From: Ardenticatenales bacterium
GTDB lineage: Bacteria; Chloroflexota; Anaerolineae; Epilineales; Epilineaceae
Assembly (NCBI GenBank): GCA_039931375.1
Contig: JBDTSC010000003.1
Location: 1 to 39,044 of the forward strand
Direction: 5' to 3'
DNA: 39,044 bases
Shown here: in pieces, positions 9,012-18,001 of the stretch
Layout: every line of letters starts with the position of its first letter
Numbering within the stretch: position 1 is the stretch's first letter
Made by a program: the position numbers and the translations under genes
The notes under the pieces: generated by a model
The model's database searches: none
Seen by the model: the letters and a program-made list of their open reading frames with translations, nothing else
What the model was told of the DNA's origin: nothing

Positions 9012-12000
9012 TGGCCGGGCGCCGCGCCCTCGCCGCCGCCGCCGCGATCCTGATCGCGGCGGCGGCTCCGCGCCCCGCTGCCGGCCGCTCGGCCGCCCCG
9101 CCGACAATTGGCGGCTCGTACCGCCACGTCGCGACGTGGTCGAACGAGCCGTGGCAGCTGCGCGCCGGCTGGTTCGCCTACGCGATGGACATCGCCCACG
9201 GCCCGGACGGCGACCGGTGGGTATTGGACGCCGTCCAATCCGCCGTGCACCGCATCCGGTCGGACGGGCAGCCGCGTGCGGTGTGGCCGCTTGCCGCCGT
9301 GAGCGGCGGCGAAGGAGGCCCAGGCGACGTCGGCGCCGAGCAATGCATACCGCGCCGCCTTGCGGTGCGCCCGGCGGGGGATGGCGTGGCCGTGATGGCC
9401 ATTTGCACGGGCCAGAGCGGAACGCGCCGGACGGACGTAGCGCACTACGCGCCCGATGGTCGGCGAACGGGCGGGTTCAGCGTGCCCGTCGCGTATCGCG
9501 ATCTGGCCTTCTTGCGCGACGGGCGGCTCATCTTGGCGCGATCGGAGCCGCGCGTGCCGCCGACGCCGTCGCGCGTCGTCCCGTTCCGCGCGCCGGGCGG
9601 CCTCGATGTCTACACCCTGGACGGCGTGCACGCGGGCACGATCGAAGGGCCGGAGCTGGATCTCGCCATCGCGGTCGACGTCGCCCCGGACGGCACGGTG
9701 TACGTCGTGAACTGGCTGCCCTATCCGGGCGCACCGCCTGGCGCGCCCGAGCCGACCCCGCGTCCGTCCGGGATGCTGTCCGGGCTGCTGTCCGGAGTGC
9801 GATCCGGAATGCTGCCCGCGCGCACCCACGACGCGGTGCCGGTGGAGGGCGTCGTTCGATATGATGCGGCGCTGCGCTACCTGGACGCCACGCCGTTCGA
9901 CGGCGCGGACGATGTCGCGGCCGGGCGGAGCGTGTACGTCGCGCGTGCAGACGAGGTGTTCGAGCTCGGGCGCGCCGAGCCGATCTGGTCCGCACCGTCG
10001 GGCGCGCTGTACGTGCCCTATCGCCACCGCCTCCTCGCGCTGACGGTCGATTCGGAGGGCTCTCTTGCCGCCGCGCTCGATCATTGCTGGTTCCAGGGGA
10101 TCGTCGAGCTGGGCCCGGGGTCCGCCGACGGACCGATCGCCCTGCACGGCGAGCTGGATCGTCCTGCGCTCGCCGGGCCGTTCGCGCCGTTGCGCCTGGC
10201 CGCCGGCAGGACGCTTCGCGTGCTCGGCGCGCGCTTCCAGCCCCTGGACACGCCGGGCCGGGCGCCGGTGCGCATTGAAGCGAACGGGGAGGTGGCGCCG
10301 GAACCGCAGAGCATCGTTCAACTGCGCGCGGACGGCCGGCTGGTCGATCAGCGCGGCGTGTGCGGCGACGACCTCGCGTTCACCGAACCCGGCTCGACCG
10401 CGAACTGGGCGCGGGACGTAGCGTCCGTGGGGGACTGGGTGTTCGAGGGCGGTCCGGAGATCGTGACGGCGTGGCGCGCGGCGGATGACCGCCTGCCCGC
10501 CTGGCAGCTCTGGTTGGGCAGCGTGGCGGCGCCCGGCGGCGTTCCCGATGCCGGAGCGGACGCCGCCCGTCCGCGGCTGGCGGCGATCGACGCGCGGGAC
10601 GGACGGCTGGCGATCCTCGACCAAGGGCGGGGCCTCGTGATCCTCGTTCCGCTGACGGGCGCCCTCGCCGATCCGTCCGCCGCCGCGACCGCGTGGTCCG
10701 TCCGTTCCTTCGGCCGCGACGTTCCGACGGACCTGGCGATGGCGAACGACCAGGTCTATCTGGCGTACGGCGGGAGCCGCCGCGTCGTGGTCGCCTCGCT
10801 GGACGGCCGGCGAATCGATGCGTTCGACGTGGACGACGCGCCGCTGGCCATCGCGCCGGCCACCGTCGAGGGCGCGGCGGACGACGTGTTGATCCTCGGA
10901 CGGAACGGCTGGGGCCTGCGCTATGCGGATGGCGTCCTGGTGGCGCGCTGGCGCCTGCCGGCGCCGTTCGGCGCGACCGATATCAGCCCGCTGCCGGACG
11001 GCCGCGTGGGCGTCTCGTTCCTGCGCGGACCGCCCGTGGCGATCGACGATCCCGGCGCCGGACGAACGGTCGAGGAGGGCGGCGTCTGGGTCTTCGCGCC
11101 GGATGAAGCCGCGCCATCGCCCCACGTCCTTCCCGGCGCATGCCTTGTCGAACCGGACAAGTCCGCCGCGCCCGCGGAGGTGCGGCTGGGCGATCCGGTG
11201 ACGATCACACTCCGCGTCGCGGGCACCTGCCCGCCGGCACGCGACACGACCGACCTCGTGCTCGTCGTCGACACGTCGCGCTCGATGAGCTGGGAGGGCG
11301 CGCTCGACCGCGCGGCGTCGGCGGTCGTGGCCGTCCTCGGCGCGCTGAACGCGGCTGAGACGCGCGCCGCAGTCGTCGCGTACGCGGACGACGGGCTTGT
11401 CGTCGAACCTTGGACGAGCGACATCGGCGGCCTTGCGCAGCGCATCGCCGCGCTCTCGCCGCTCGGCGACACGCGGTTGGCGGGGGGGCTCGCGGCGGCC
11501 GATCAGGTGCTGCGCGACACCGATGGGCTTGCGGCGCGACAGGCGGTTCTCATCGTCACGGATGGTGAGCTGAAGGACTACCCGCAGGCCGTCGCGCGCT
11601 CTCTGGCGGATCGCAACGTCGCGCTGTACGCGCTCGCGATCCCGCGGAGCTCATACGACTACGGTCAGACCCGGGCGCTGGCCGGCCTCGTCGGCGCGGG
11701 ACACGTCTTCGTCGATCCGGACGCCGCGGCCGCCGCCCTGCTCGCCGCGACGCTCGCCGGCGAGCGTTCGAGCTCCGATCTGTTGGCCACGGCGATCGTC
11801 ACGGATACGCTGCCAGCAGACATGGCGTACCTGGACGGATCCGCCGTCCCGGACGCCGAGTACGATCCGCCGTCCCGTACGCTGCACTGGCGCATTCCGG
11901 CCGTTCCGCTTACCGCCACCTTGACGCTCCGCTACGCGGTCCGGCCGGCCGTCGTCGGGCTGCGGCCGACCAACGTCGCCGCCCGGTTGGTCGGCCGCGA

Positions 12001-12682
12001 CGGCGTCGGTCGTGACCAGGCGCTGATCTTTCCGGTGCCGTCCGTCAAAGTATGGGACCGCGCCTCGCTCGCGCACCGCGCCTACCTGCCGATCGCGATC
12101 CGCGGCGCGTGCGTCCGCCCGCCGGAGGCGGACATCGTCCTCGTCCTCGATGCGTCGAGCAGCATGGACGAGCCGGCCACGCCTCTGCCCGGGACGAAGC
12201 TGGACGCGGCCAAGGCCGCCGCGCTCACGTTCGCCGGCCGCCTTGGCGCGCACGGCGCGCGGGCGGGCCTCGTGTCCTTCGCGACGGACGCCGTCGTCGC
12301 GCTCGGCCTGACGACGGACGTCGCCGCGCTCGCGCGCGCGATGGACGCGATCACCACGGCCCCCGGCACGCGATTGGACCGTGGGCTGGCGACGGCGGAC
12401 GACCTGTTGACGCGCGGCCGGCGGCCCGGCGCTCGGACCGCGATCGTCCTCCTGACGGACGGCCGCGCCTCCGCGCCGGACGCCGACGTGCTCGCCGCCG
12501 CCGCGGCGCTCGGGGAGCACGGCACAACGATTGCCGCGATCGCTCTCGGTGCGGACGCGGATGTGGCGCTCCTAACGCGGGCGGCGGGTCCGGACGGCAT
12601 CGTCGTGCGCGCCGGGGACGCTGCGGAGGTGGCGGGCGCGTTCGAGGAGGTCTTCGAGCGGCTGCGCTGCCGGTCGAACTAG
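9011..12682 (+). CDS. Large secreted protein: beta-propeller-like region, DUF11-like domain with inserted vWA, and C-terminal vWA
   Basis: GTG overlaps the upstream TAG. Signal peptide MAGRRALAAAAAILIAAA. NHL-like blades (DIAHGPDG, DVAPDGTVYV, PTDLAMA). MIDAS DTSRSM and DASSSM. Internal RAYLPIAIR. Confidence 0.85.
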   Translation: MAGRRALAAAAAILIAAAAPRPAAGRSAAPPTIGGSYRHVATWSNEPWQLRAGWFAYAMDIAHGPDGDRWVLDAVQSAVHRIRSDGQPRAVWPLAAVSGGEGGPGDVGAEQCIPRRLAVRPAGDGVAVMAICTGQSGTRRTDVAHYAPDGRRTGGFSVPVAYRDLAFLRDGRLILARSEPRVPPTPSRVVPFRAPGGLDVYTLDGVHAGTIEGPELDLAIAVDVAPDGTVYVVNWLPYPGAPPGAPEPTPRPSGMLSGLLSGVRSGMLPARTHDAVPVEGVVRYDAALRYLDATPFDGADDVAAGRSVYVARADEVFELGRAEPIWSAPSGALYVPYRHRLLALTVDSEGSLAAALDHCWFQGIVELGPGSADGPIALHGELDRPALAGPFAPLRLAAGRTLRVLGARFQPLDTPGRAPVRIEANGEVAPEPQSIVQLRADGRLVDQRGVCGDDLAFTEPGSTANWARDVASVGDWVFEGGPEIVTAWRAADDRLPAWQLWLGSVAAPGGVPDAGADAARPRLAAIDARDGRLAILDQGRGLVILVPLTGALADPSAAATAWSVRSFGRDVPTDLAMANDQVYLAYGGSRRVVVASLDGRRIDAFDVDDAPLAIAPATVEGAADDVLILGRNGWGLRYADGVLVARWRLPAPFGATDISPLPDGRVGVSFLRGPPVAIDDPGAGRTVEEGGVWVFAPDEAAPSPHVLPGACLVEPDKSAAPAEVRLGDPVTITLRVAGTCPPARDTTDLVLVVDTSRSMSWEGALDRAASAVVAVLGALNAAETRAAVVAYADDGLVVEPWTSDIGGLAQRIAALSPLGDTRLAGGLAAADQVLRDTDGLAARQAVLIVTDGELKDYPQAVARSLADRNVALYALAIPRSSYDYGQTRALAGLVGAGHVFVDPDAAAAALLAATLAGERSSSDLLATAIVTDTLPADMAYLDGSAVPDAEYDPPSRTLHWRIPAVPLTATLTLRYAVRPAVVGLRPTNVAARLVGRDGVGRDQALIFPVPSVKVWDRASLAHRAYLPIAIRGACVRPPEADIVLVLDASSSMDEPATPLPGTKLDAAKAAALTFAGRLGAHGARAGLVSFATDAVVALGLTTDVAALARAMDAITTAPGTRLDRGLATADDLLTRGRRPGARTAIVLLTDGRASAPDADVLAAAAALGEHGTTIAAIALGADADVALLTRAAGPDGIVVRAGDAAEVAGAFEEVFERLRCRSN
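9767..9814. repeat. Degenerate tandem repeat, 4 x 12 bp (SGML/SGLL/SGVR/SGML)
   Basis: TCCGGGATGCTG TCCGGGCTGCTG TCCGGAGTGCGA TCCGGAATGCTG. Confidence 0.75.
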
Positions 12683-13398
12683 ATCGCCAACCAGTCGCGC
12701 AGCTCGCGCAGATCGTGGATCACGACGCAATCGAACGGCGGATGCTTTCGATCGCGGTCGATGAGCACGGGCGTGATCCCGGCCGCGCGGGCGCCGACGA
12801 CGTCCTTGACGTACGTGTCGCCGACGTGCACCGTGCCCGCGGGCCCGACGCCGAGGCGGTCGATCGCCATCTGGAACAGCGCCGCGTCCGGCTTGGCCAG
12901 ACCAAGGCGGGAGGACACGACCAACGTGTCGATCTGGCCGCCGATCGCGAGGTCGAGCAGGATCGCCTCCAGCCCGTGCCCCCAGTCCGAGACCACGCCG
13001 ATCGGCACGCGCGCCGCGCGCAGGGCGGCGATCACCTCCGGCACGTCGTCGTAGATCCGCCAGTGCCGCGCGTCGCCGTACTGCGCGTAGATCGCGTCCG
13101 CCAGCGCGCGGATCCGAACGGTGTCCGCCATCGCCGCTGGCGTCTGTCCTTCCCCGACCGCCGTGGCGGCCCGTAGCGCGTGCGCGTAGGATTCGGTGAA
13201 CAATCGGCGCACGAATTCCTCGCGATGCCAGTAGTCTCCGACGTGCCAGCGCGATGCGACGTCCGCGGCGGCCGCGGCCATCGCGGTCGCCAGCGCCTGC
13301 GGCGGCACGTCCAGTCCGATCTGTGCGGCGGCGGCCGCCGCCACCTCGCCGGGCGGCGTTCGCTCGCGGATCAGCGTCTGGCCCGCATCCAGCAGCAC
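12679..13398 (-). CDS. HAD-superfamily hydrolase (subfamily IA, REG-2/HDHD3-like); true start probably further upstream
   Basis: Motif I (AV)LLDAGQTL, motif II VVSDW, motif III KPD, motif IV HVGDTYVKDVVGARAAG. Confidence 0.88.
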   Translation of the reverse strand: MLLDAGQTLIRERTPPGEVAAAAAAQIGLDVPPQALATAMAAAAADVASRWHVGDYWHREEFVRRLFTESYAHALRAATAVGEGQTPAAMADTVRIRALADAIYAQYGDARHWRIYDDVPEVIAALRAARVPIGVVSDWGHGLEAILLDLAIGGQIDTLVVSSRLGLAKPDAALFQMAIDRLGVGPAGTVHVGDTYVKDVVGARAAGITPVLIDRDRKHPPFDCVVIHDLRELRDWLAI

Positions 13399-13463
13399 GG
13401 CTTCCAGCGGCGGCCGGCCGCCCCGCCGTGGAACGAGCTGCGGCGGGGCGTTGCGCGAGGCGC

Positions 13464-14132
13464 TCAGGCGAGGACCGGCCGCAGGAGCACCACCGTCGTC
13501 TCGTCCGCGTCGCGGTCCGCCACGACGCGGTAGCTGTCCACGGCGCCCGCGTCGGGCATGCCCATCGCGGCCAGGAAGTGCGCCAGCGCCTCCGCCTCCG
13601 CCGCGGGCGGCTGGTCCATGGGTTCGGCCCCGTGGTCGGCCCCGTGGTCGGCCCCGTGGATCGGGATGACGACGGACGGCGCGAGCTTGCCGACGACCTC
13701 GGCGGCCTTCGCCGGCGCTAGGCGCCCCTCACCGCCGATCCGCACGACCAGAACGTCAACGCGGCCGAGCGCGTCGAGCTCCGACTCCGCCGGCACGTGG
13801 CCGATCGCGCCGAGCACGCACACCGCCACGTCGTCCACGCCGAACACGAAGGCGGTGTTAAGCTCTGACTCGTCGGTCGGCCCAAGGCGCGCGGGCAGCG
13901 TGCGCACGCCGATCACGAACACCCCGGCCTTCTCGTATTCGCCCGGCCCATCGATCCATGGCCGATCCGAGGCATCATCGCCGCGCAACGCGCGCCGGCT
14001 CACCGCCACGACGTCGGCGCGATCGATCACCGCAGCCAGCGCCGGCGATGGCGCCAACGGCGGATCGACGACGACGACGGATCCGGCGGCGCGCAGTTCG
14101 ATGCAGCCATCGGCCAACCAGCGGATGTCCAA
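13464..14132 (-). CDS. Metallo-beta-lactamase-fold protein (Lactamase_B_3-like) with degenerate metal ligands
   Basis: MDIRWL...VVVDP, IDGPGEYEKAGVFVIG, LGRVDVLVVRIGG and PSVVIPIH match this family layout. TTG start with GAGGGAG SD. Confidence 0.75.
   Translation of the reverse strand: MDIRWLADGCIELRAAGSVVVVDPPLAPSPALAAVIDRADVVAVSRRALRGDDASDRPWIDGPGEYEKAGVFVIGVRTLPARLGPTDESELNTAFVFGVDDVAVCVLGAIGHVPAESELDALGRVDVLVVRIGGEGRLAPAKAAEVVGKLAPSVVIPIHGADHGADHGAEPMDQPPAAEAEALAHFLAAMGMPDAGAVDSYRVVADRDADETTVVLLRPVLA
13624..13659. repeat. Tandem repeat, 3 x 12 bp (TCGGCCCCGTGG), in frame (HGAD/HGAE)
   Basis: Three exact copies read directly from the sequence. Confidence 0.9.
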
Positions 14133-14249
14133 GCGATACTCCCTCGGGGTTCCCGACGATGCCGGCGCGTCGCCGCGAGCGGTCGATCCGCCGCCGACGT
14201 TCGCTTCGGTCGCACGGCATCGACGGGCGGTCGTAGCCCTCGATTGGTC

Positions 14250-15338
14250 TTAGCCCTCGATGTCGAGGGCGTCCTTGAGGTCCGTGATGTAGATGATGAC
14301 GTCCGCGGACCGGTGCTGCTCGGCCAGCCAATCCTGCACCCGCTTCTCGCGCAGCTTGAACCCGAGATCGGCGTCGATCTCGCGCGCCGGATCGACCTCG
14401 GTGACTTCGACGATGTGGTAGCCGTAGTCCGTCTTCACGACCGCCGAGCGCTGGCCCGCCTGCAGCCCGGCGATCACGGTCTGCAAGTCGGCGCTCGGGA
14501 GGTACGTAAAGCCCTTGATGATCGGCACCCAGCCAAGATCGCCCCCTTGCGCGGCGGACACCTCGTCCTTGGACACCGCCGCTGCCACGGCCGCAAAGTC
14601 CTCGCCGCCGTCAAGGCGAGCCAGGGCGGCCGTGCACTCCGCTTCCGTGGCGCACAGGATGTGCCGGGCGTGGTAGAACGGGGCCGCGGTCGGGAGATCG
14701 CGGCTGATGTCCTCCACGAACTTCCGGCCGACGATCGCCTGCCGCTCCATGGCGAACACGTCCGCGTCGCTCGCGCCGGCCTCGTTGCGCGCGGCGTCGA
14801 AGTCGGCGGTGCCGCCGGACTGCTCGCGGTAGCCGGCCAGGCTCGCCTCGACCTCCTGGTTCGTCGCCGTGATCCCCTTGCGGGCGGCTTCCTGTTCGAT
14901 GAGCGCCTGATTGATCATCTCGCTGAGCACCTGACGCCGCAGCGCGAGCAGCTGTCGCTGGCCGGCGTCCGTGTTCGGGTCGAGGCCCTTGTCCACGAAG
15001 TAGCGCTGCGTCTCCAGCGCTTGGCTCTGGAAGTCCGCGAGCGCGACCGGCTGGCCGTTCACGGAAGCGGCCAGTTCGGGGGACTCAGGCGCACCCGCCG
15101 GTGCGATCGGCGAACGATCCGCGTCGCCGGTGACGCCGCTCTTGACGGGCGCACCCGCCGCCGGATCCGTCGGCCCGCCCTCATCGCCCAAACTGGCGTG
15201 GCTTGCCGCGCTCTGGTCCGCGTCCGCGCCGCCATCCGTCGTCGAGCCTTTTGCGCATCCGGCGAAGACGCCCATCAGCAGCAGGGCGCAGCCGCCCGCC
15301 AGCCACCGTTCGCGCCGTCGCATCCAATCGACCTTCAT
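14250..15338 (-). CDS. PrsA/SurA-like parvulin peptidyl-prolyl isomerase lipoprotein
   Basis: Lipobox VFAG-C, SurA-N-like AASVNGQPV...LIEQEAARKGI, and parvulin motifs HARHILC, GEDFAAVA...SKD..SAAQGGDLGW, VKTDYGYHIVEV. Confidence 0.9.
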   Translation of the reverse strand: MKVDWMRRRERWLAGGCALLLMGVFAGCAKGSTTDGGADADQSAASHASLGDEGGPTDPAAGAPVKSGVTGDADRSPIAPAGAPESPELAASVNGQPVALADFQSQALETQRYFVDKGLDPNTDAGQRQLLALRRQVLSEMINQALIEQEAARKGITATNQEVEASLAGYREQSGGTADFDAARNEAGASDADVFAMERQAIVGRKFVEDISRDLPTAAPFYHARHILCATEAECTAALARLDGGEDFAAVAAAVSKDEVSAAQGGDLGWVPIIKGFTYLPSADLQTVIAGLQAGQRSAVVKTDYGYHIVEVTEVDPAREIDADLGFKLREKRVQDWLAEQHRSADVIIYITDLKDALDIEG

Positions 15339-15451
15339 CGTTCGCTCCGGTTGCAGTCCCGATCGCCGCCGACGCGGGGTCGGACGGCGGCCGCAGTATA
15401 TGCGGCGAGCGCCGCCAAGCAAGATGTGGGCCGTACGATGTGGACGCACCG

Positions 15452-17770
15452 CTACCCGTTGAGGTCCCCGTCCCCCTTCGCGCCCCGTCGACGCGCCGCG
15501 ATCCGTTCGCACAGGATTCGGCGGGCTGTCGCCGGCCAGGTCCGGCGGACGGCCAGCCACGCCGCCTCGAGCCGCTCGGACAATGCGTGCGAGGTGCGGC
15601 GGCCAAATCGCTCCGCGACGTACGCATCCGTGATCGCGGAAATTTCCGTGCCGGCGTCGGGAATTTGCTGCGCCAGGCGGCGGCTGTATTCGCTCGGGGT
15701 CTCGGAATGGCGCGGACCGACGCCCAGCCAGCGGGCGACCCGCACGAGCCGGCCGAACGAGCGCTCCGCCGCGCTCAGGCCTTCCATCGGACGCGCCCAC
15801 CAGAACCGGCCGGCCAACACGACACCGACGATGCCGAGCAGGGACGCCAGCCACGGCCAGAAGCGGCCGAGCCCGACGGCGACCGCAACGGTGTCCGCGC
15901 GCCGCGGCGGAACCTGATCGGCGGCGGGCGGCTTCACATCTTCCGGCGGCAGCGCGTCCTTTGGCGGTGCGGCGGACTGATCCGACGCGGGCGGCGGCTT
16001 GGCGGCCAGCGCCCGCGCGTCGTCGGCGGTGGACGGACGGTCGAGCGGCTGTTCGTTGGCCGTCGGCTCGAACTCGATCCAGCCGTAGCCCGGAAAGAAC
16101 ACCTCGGGCCAGGTGTGGGCGTCGTAGTCGTGCAGGCGGCGGCCCTGGACGCCGACGAGAGGTTCGCCGCCCGCATACCCGGCGGCGAGCCGAGTCGGAA
16201 CGCCCTGGCTGCGCGCCAGGACGACGAAGGCGGTGCTGTAGTAGTCGCAGTAGCCTTCCTTCGTGTCGAACAAGAACCAGTCCGCCTTGTCCCGGCCGCG
16301 CGGCGGATCGGCGATCGACTCCGTGTAGGTCATCTCGCGGCGTAGGTAGCCCTCGATCGCGTGCGCCTTGTCCCAGCGGGTTGTCGTGCCGCCGGCGATC
16401 GTCGCCGCCAGGTCCGTCACCCGCGCGGGCAGCGCTTCGGGCAGCTGGAGGTATCGCGCTGTCACCCACGCCGGGTCCCCACCGCGCTCCGCGCCGTCCA
16501 GCTCGCCGACGCTTGCCGCGCTGACGTTCGAGACGACCTCGTAGCCGCGGCCCTGCGATAGCGGCTGCCGGCTCTCGACCGTGAGCACGTCCCCCCCGTC
16601 ACCCGCCGTTTCCACGGACGTGTCGACGTCGAACCGGGCGGGAGAACCGAGGGCGTAGAGCTGGCTGATGTTGGGCTTGAGCGTCGTCACGGTCTGGGTG
16701 ATCGGCAGGACGGACTGCCATGGGCCGCCGATCGCGTCGTACGCCGCCGCGTTGTGTCGATCGTCCGCGTTGCGGCGCCAGCTCTGGCCGTCCCAGGTGT
16801 CGAACACTGCCATCCGGAAGTACCGCGCCGGCACGGCGGACTGCCCGCTCAGCGCGACGTCGAACACGGGCGCGTTGCCCAGCTGGATGCTGCCCGTCAG
16901 CGGCATGGCGTCGCCGAAACTGGTCCCTTCGCCGCGCACGGGGTAGTTGATGTTCGGAAAGTACCGCCCGGAAAGCGCCCGCGCGCGCGACGTCGCGGCC
17001 GACCAGGTGGTCGGCAGGTTGCGCAGGACCTCGCTCTGGATGCGGCCGGGGAGCACGAACGCGAACGCGATGGCCAAGCACGCCAGGACAAGGCTGTCGC
17101 GCAGGAAGTCGAACTCGAGGCCGGCGCTGTGGTGGACGCGCTCTGCCTGCCAGTGCTCCTTGCGCAGCGCCAGATGGGTCCGCGCCGCCAGCAGGAACGC
17201 GCACAGCATGAAGAAACCGACGTACGCCGAGTCGTTCGACAGGTGCGCCGAATACAGGCTGAACACGAGCGCGAAACCGCTGGGCAGCACGGCTCCCGAC
17301 CAACTGATGTAGCGGGCCGCGAACCATGTGCAGATGTACGCGAGCAGCCAGAGCAGGAGCGCCATCGTGATCGTGAAGAACAGCGCCATCATGTCTTGCT
17401 GGGCGTTCGACAGCGGCATCCCACTGCGGGCGACGGCGGGCCAGGCGAGGTATGTCGATCGCACGTACGCCAGTCGGTCGAGGAGCGACCACGCGCCGTA
17501 GTCGCTCGGGGTGCTCTCGTAGCCCGCCACCAGACCTGTCGCCAGGTAGAATGTGCACACCGTGCCGAGGACGGCGCTCCACCCATGGGCGATGAGCACC
17601 GGCATCCATCGCCACGACGAGAGCACGGCGCCGATCACCACGCCGCCGATCACGACCGGCGTGAGGATCGCGAGACCCGACACCCAGCCCGCGTTTTCGA
17701 TCGACCAGGCAAGGCACAGCTGCATGAGCCCGACCAGGACGATGCTAGTCCAACCCGATGGTGGTCGCAC
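15452..17770 (-). CDS. Membrane transglutaminase-like protein (TgpA-like, DUF3488/DUF4129-type architecture)
   Basis: N-terminal TM bundle, YFRMAVFDTWDGQSW, catalytic GYCDYYSTAF and HTWPEVFFPGYGWIEFEPT, then a C-terminal TM and SETPSEY...YVAERFG domain. Confidence 0.9.
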   Translation of the reverse strand: MRPPSGWTSIVLVGLMQLCLAWSIENAGWVSGLAILTPVVIGGVVIGAVLSSWRWMPVLIAHGWSAVLGTVCTFYLATGLVAGYESTPSDYGAWSLLDRLAYVRSTYLAWPAVARSGMPLSNAQQDMMALFFTITMALLLWLLAYICTWFAARYISWSGAVLPSGFALVFSLYSAHLSNDSAYVGFFMLCAFLLAARTHLALRKEHWQAERVHHSAGLEFDFLRDSLVLACLAIAFAFVLPGRIQSEVLRNLPTTWSAATSRARALSGRYFPNINYPVRGEGTSFGDAMPLTGSIQLGNAPVFDVALSGQSAVPARYFRMAVFDTWDGQSWRRNADDRHNAAAYDAIGGPWQSVLPITQTVTTLKPNISQLYALGSPARFDVDTSVETAGDGGDVLTVESRQPLSQGRGYEVVSNVSAASVGELDGAERGGDPAWVTARYLQLPEALPARVTDLAATIAGGTTTRWDKAHAIEGYLRREMTYTESIADPPRGRDKADWFLFDTKEGYCDYYSTAFVVLARSQGVPTRLAAGYAGGEPLVGVQGRRLHDYDAHTWPEVFFPGYGWIEFEPTANEQPLDRPSTADDARALAAKPPPASDQSAAPPKDALPPEDVKPPAADQVPPRRADTVAVAVGLGRFWPWLASLLGIVGVVLAGRFWWARPMEGLSAAERSFGRLVRVARWLGVGPRHSETPSEYSRRLAQQIPDAGTEISAITDAYVAERFGRRTSHALSERLEAAWLAVRRTWPATARRILCERIAARRRGAKGDGDLNG

Positions 17771-18001
17771 AGGTCACCTACTCTTGCTCGCGATCCGAAA
17801 CGAAACACGCCCCGGTCACCTGATAGGGGCGGCGGGGCGCGCGTGCGCAAGCTCTGCATGCCCCATGGCTTCCTTCGCCCGCGATGCGGACAACGGGTCG
17901 GGGCGGACCGCGTCGCGCCAAACGATAGCAGGGCCGCCGTCGCTCCGCCAACCCGGTGGACCGCCGCGTTGCGACCAGTCCGCCGCCCACGTAGAACGCG
18001 G

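Noticed and set aside
13624-13659. Short direct repeats as a possible CRISPR array
   Set aside because: They are contiguous 12-bp units with no spacers, lie inside a CDS, and have no cas genes nearby.
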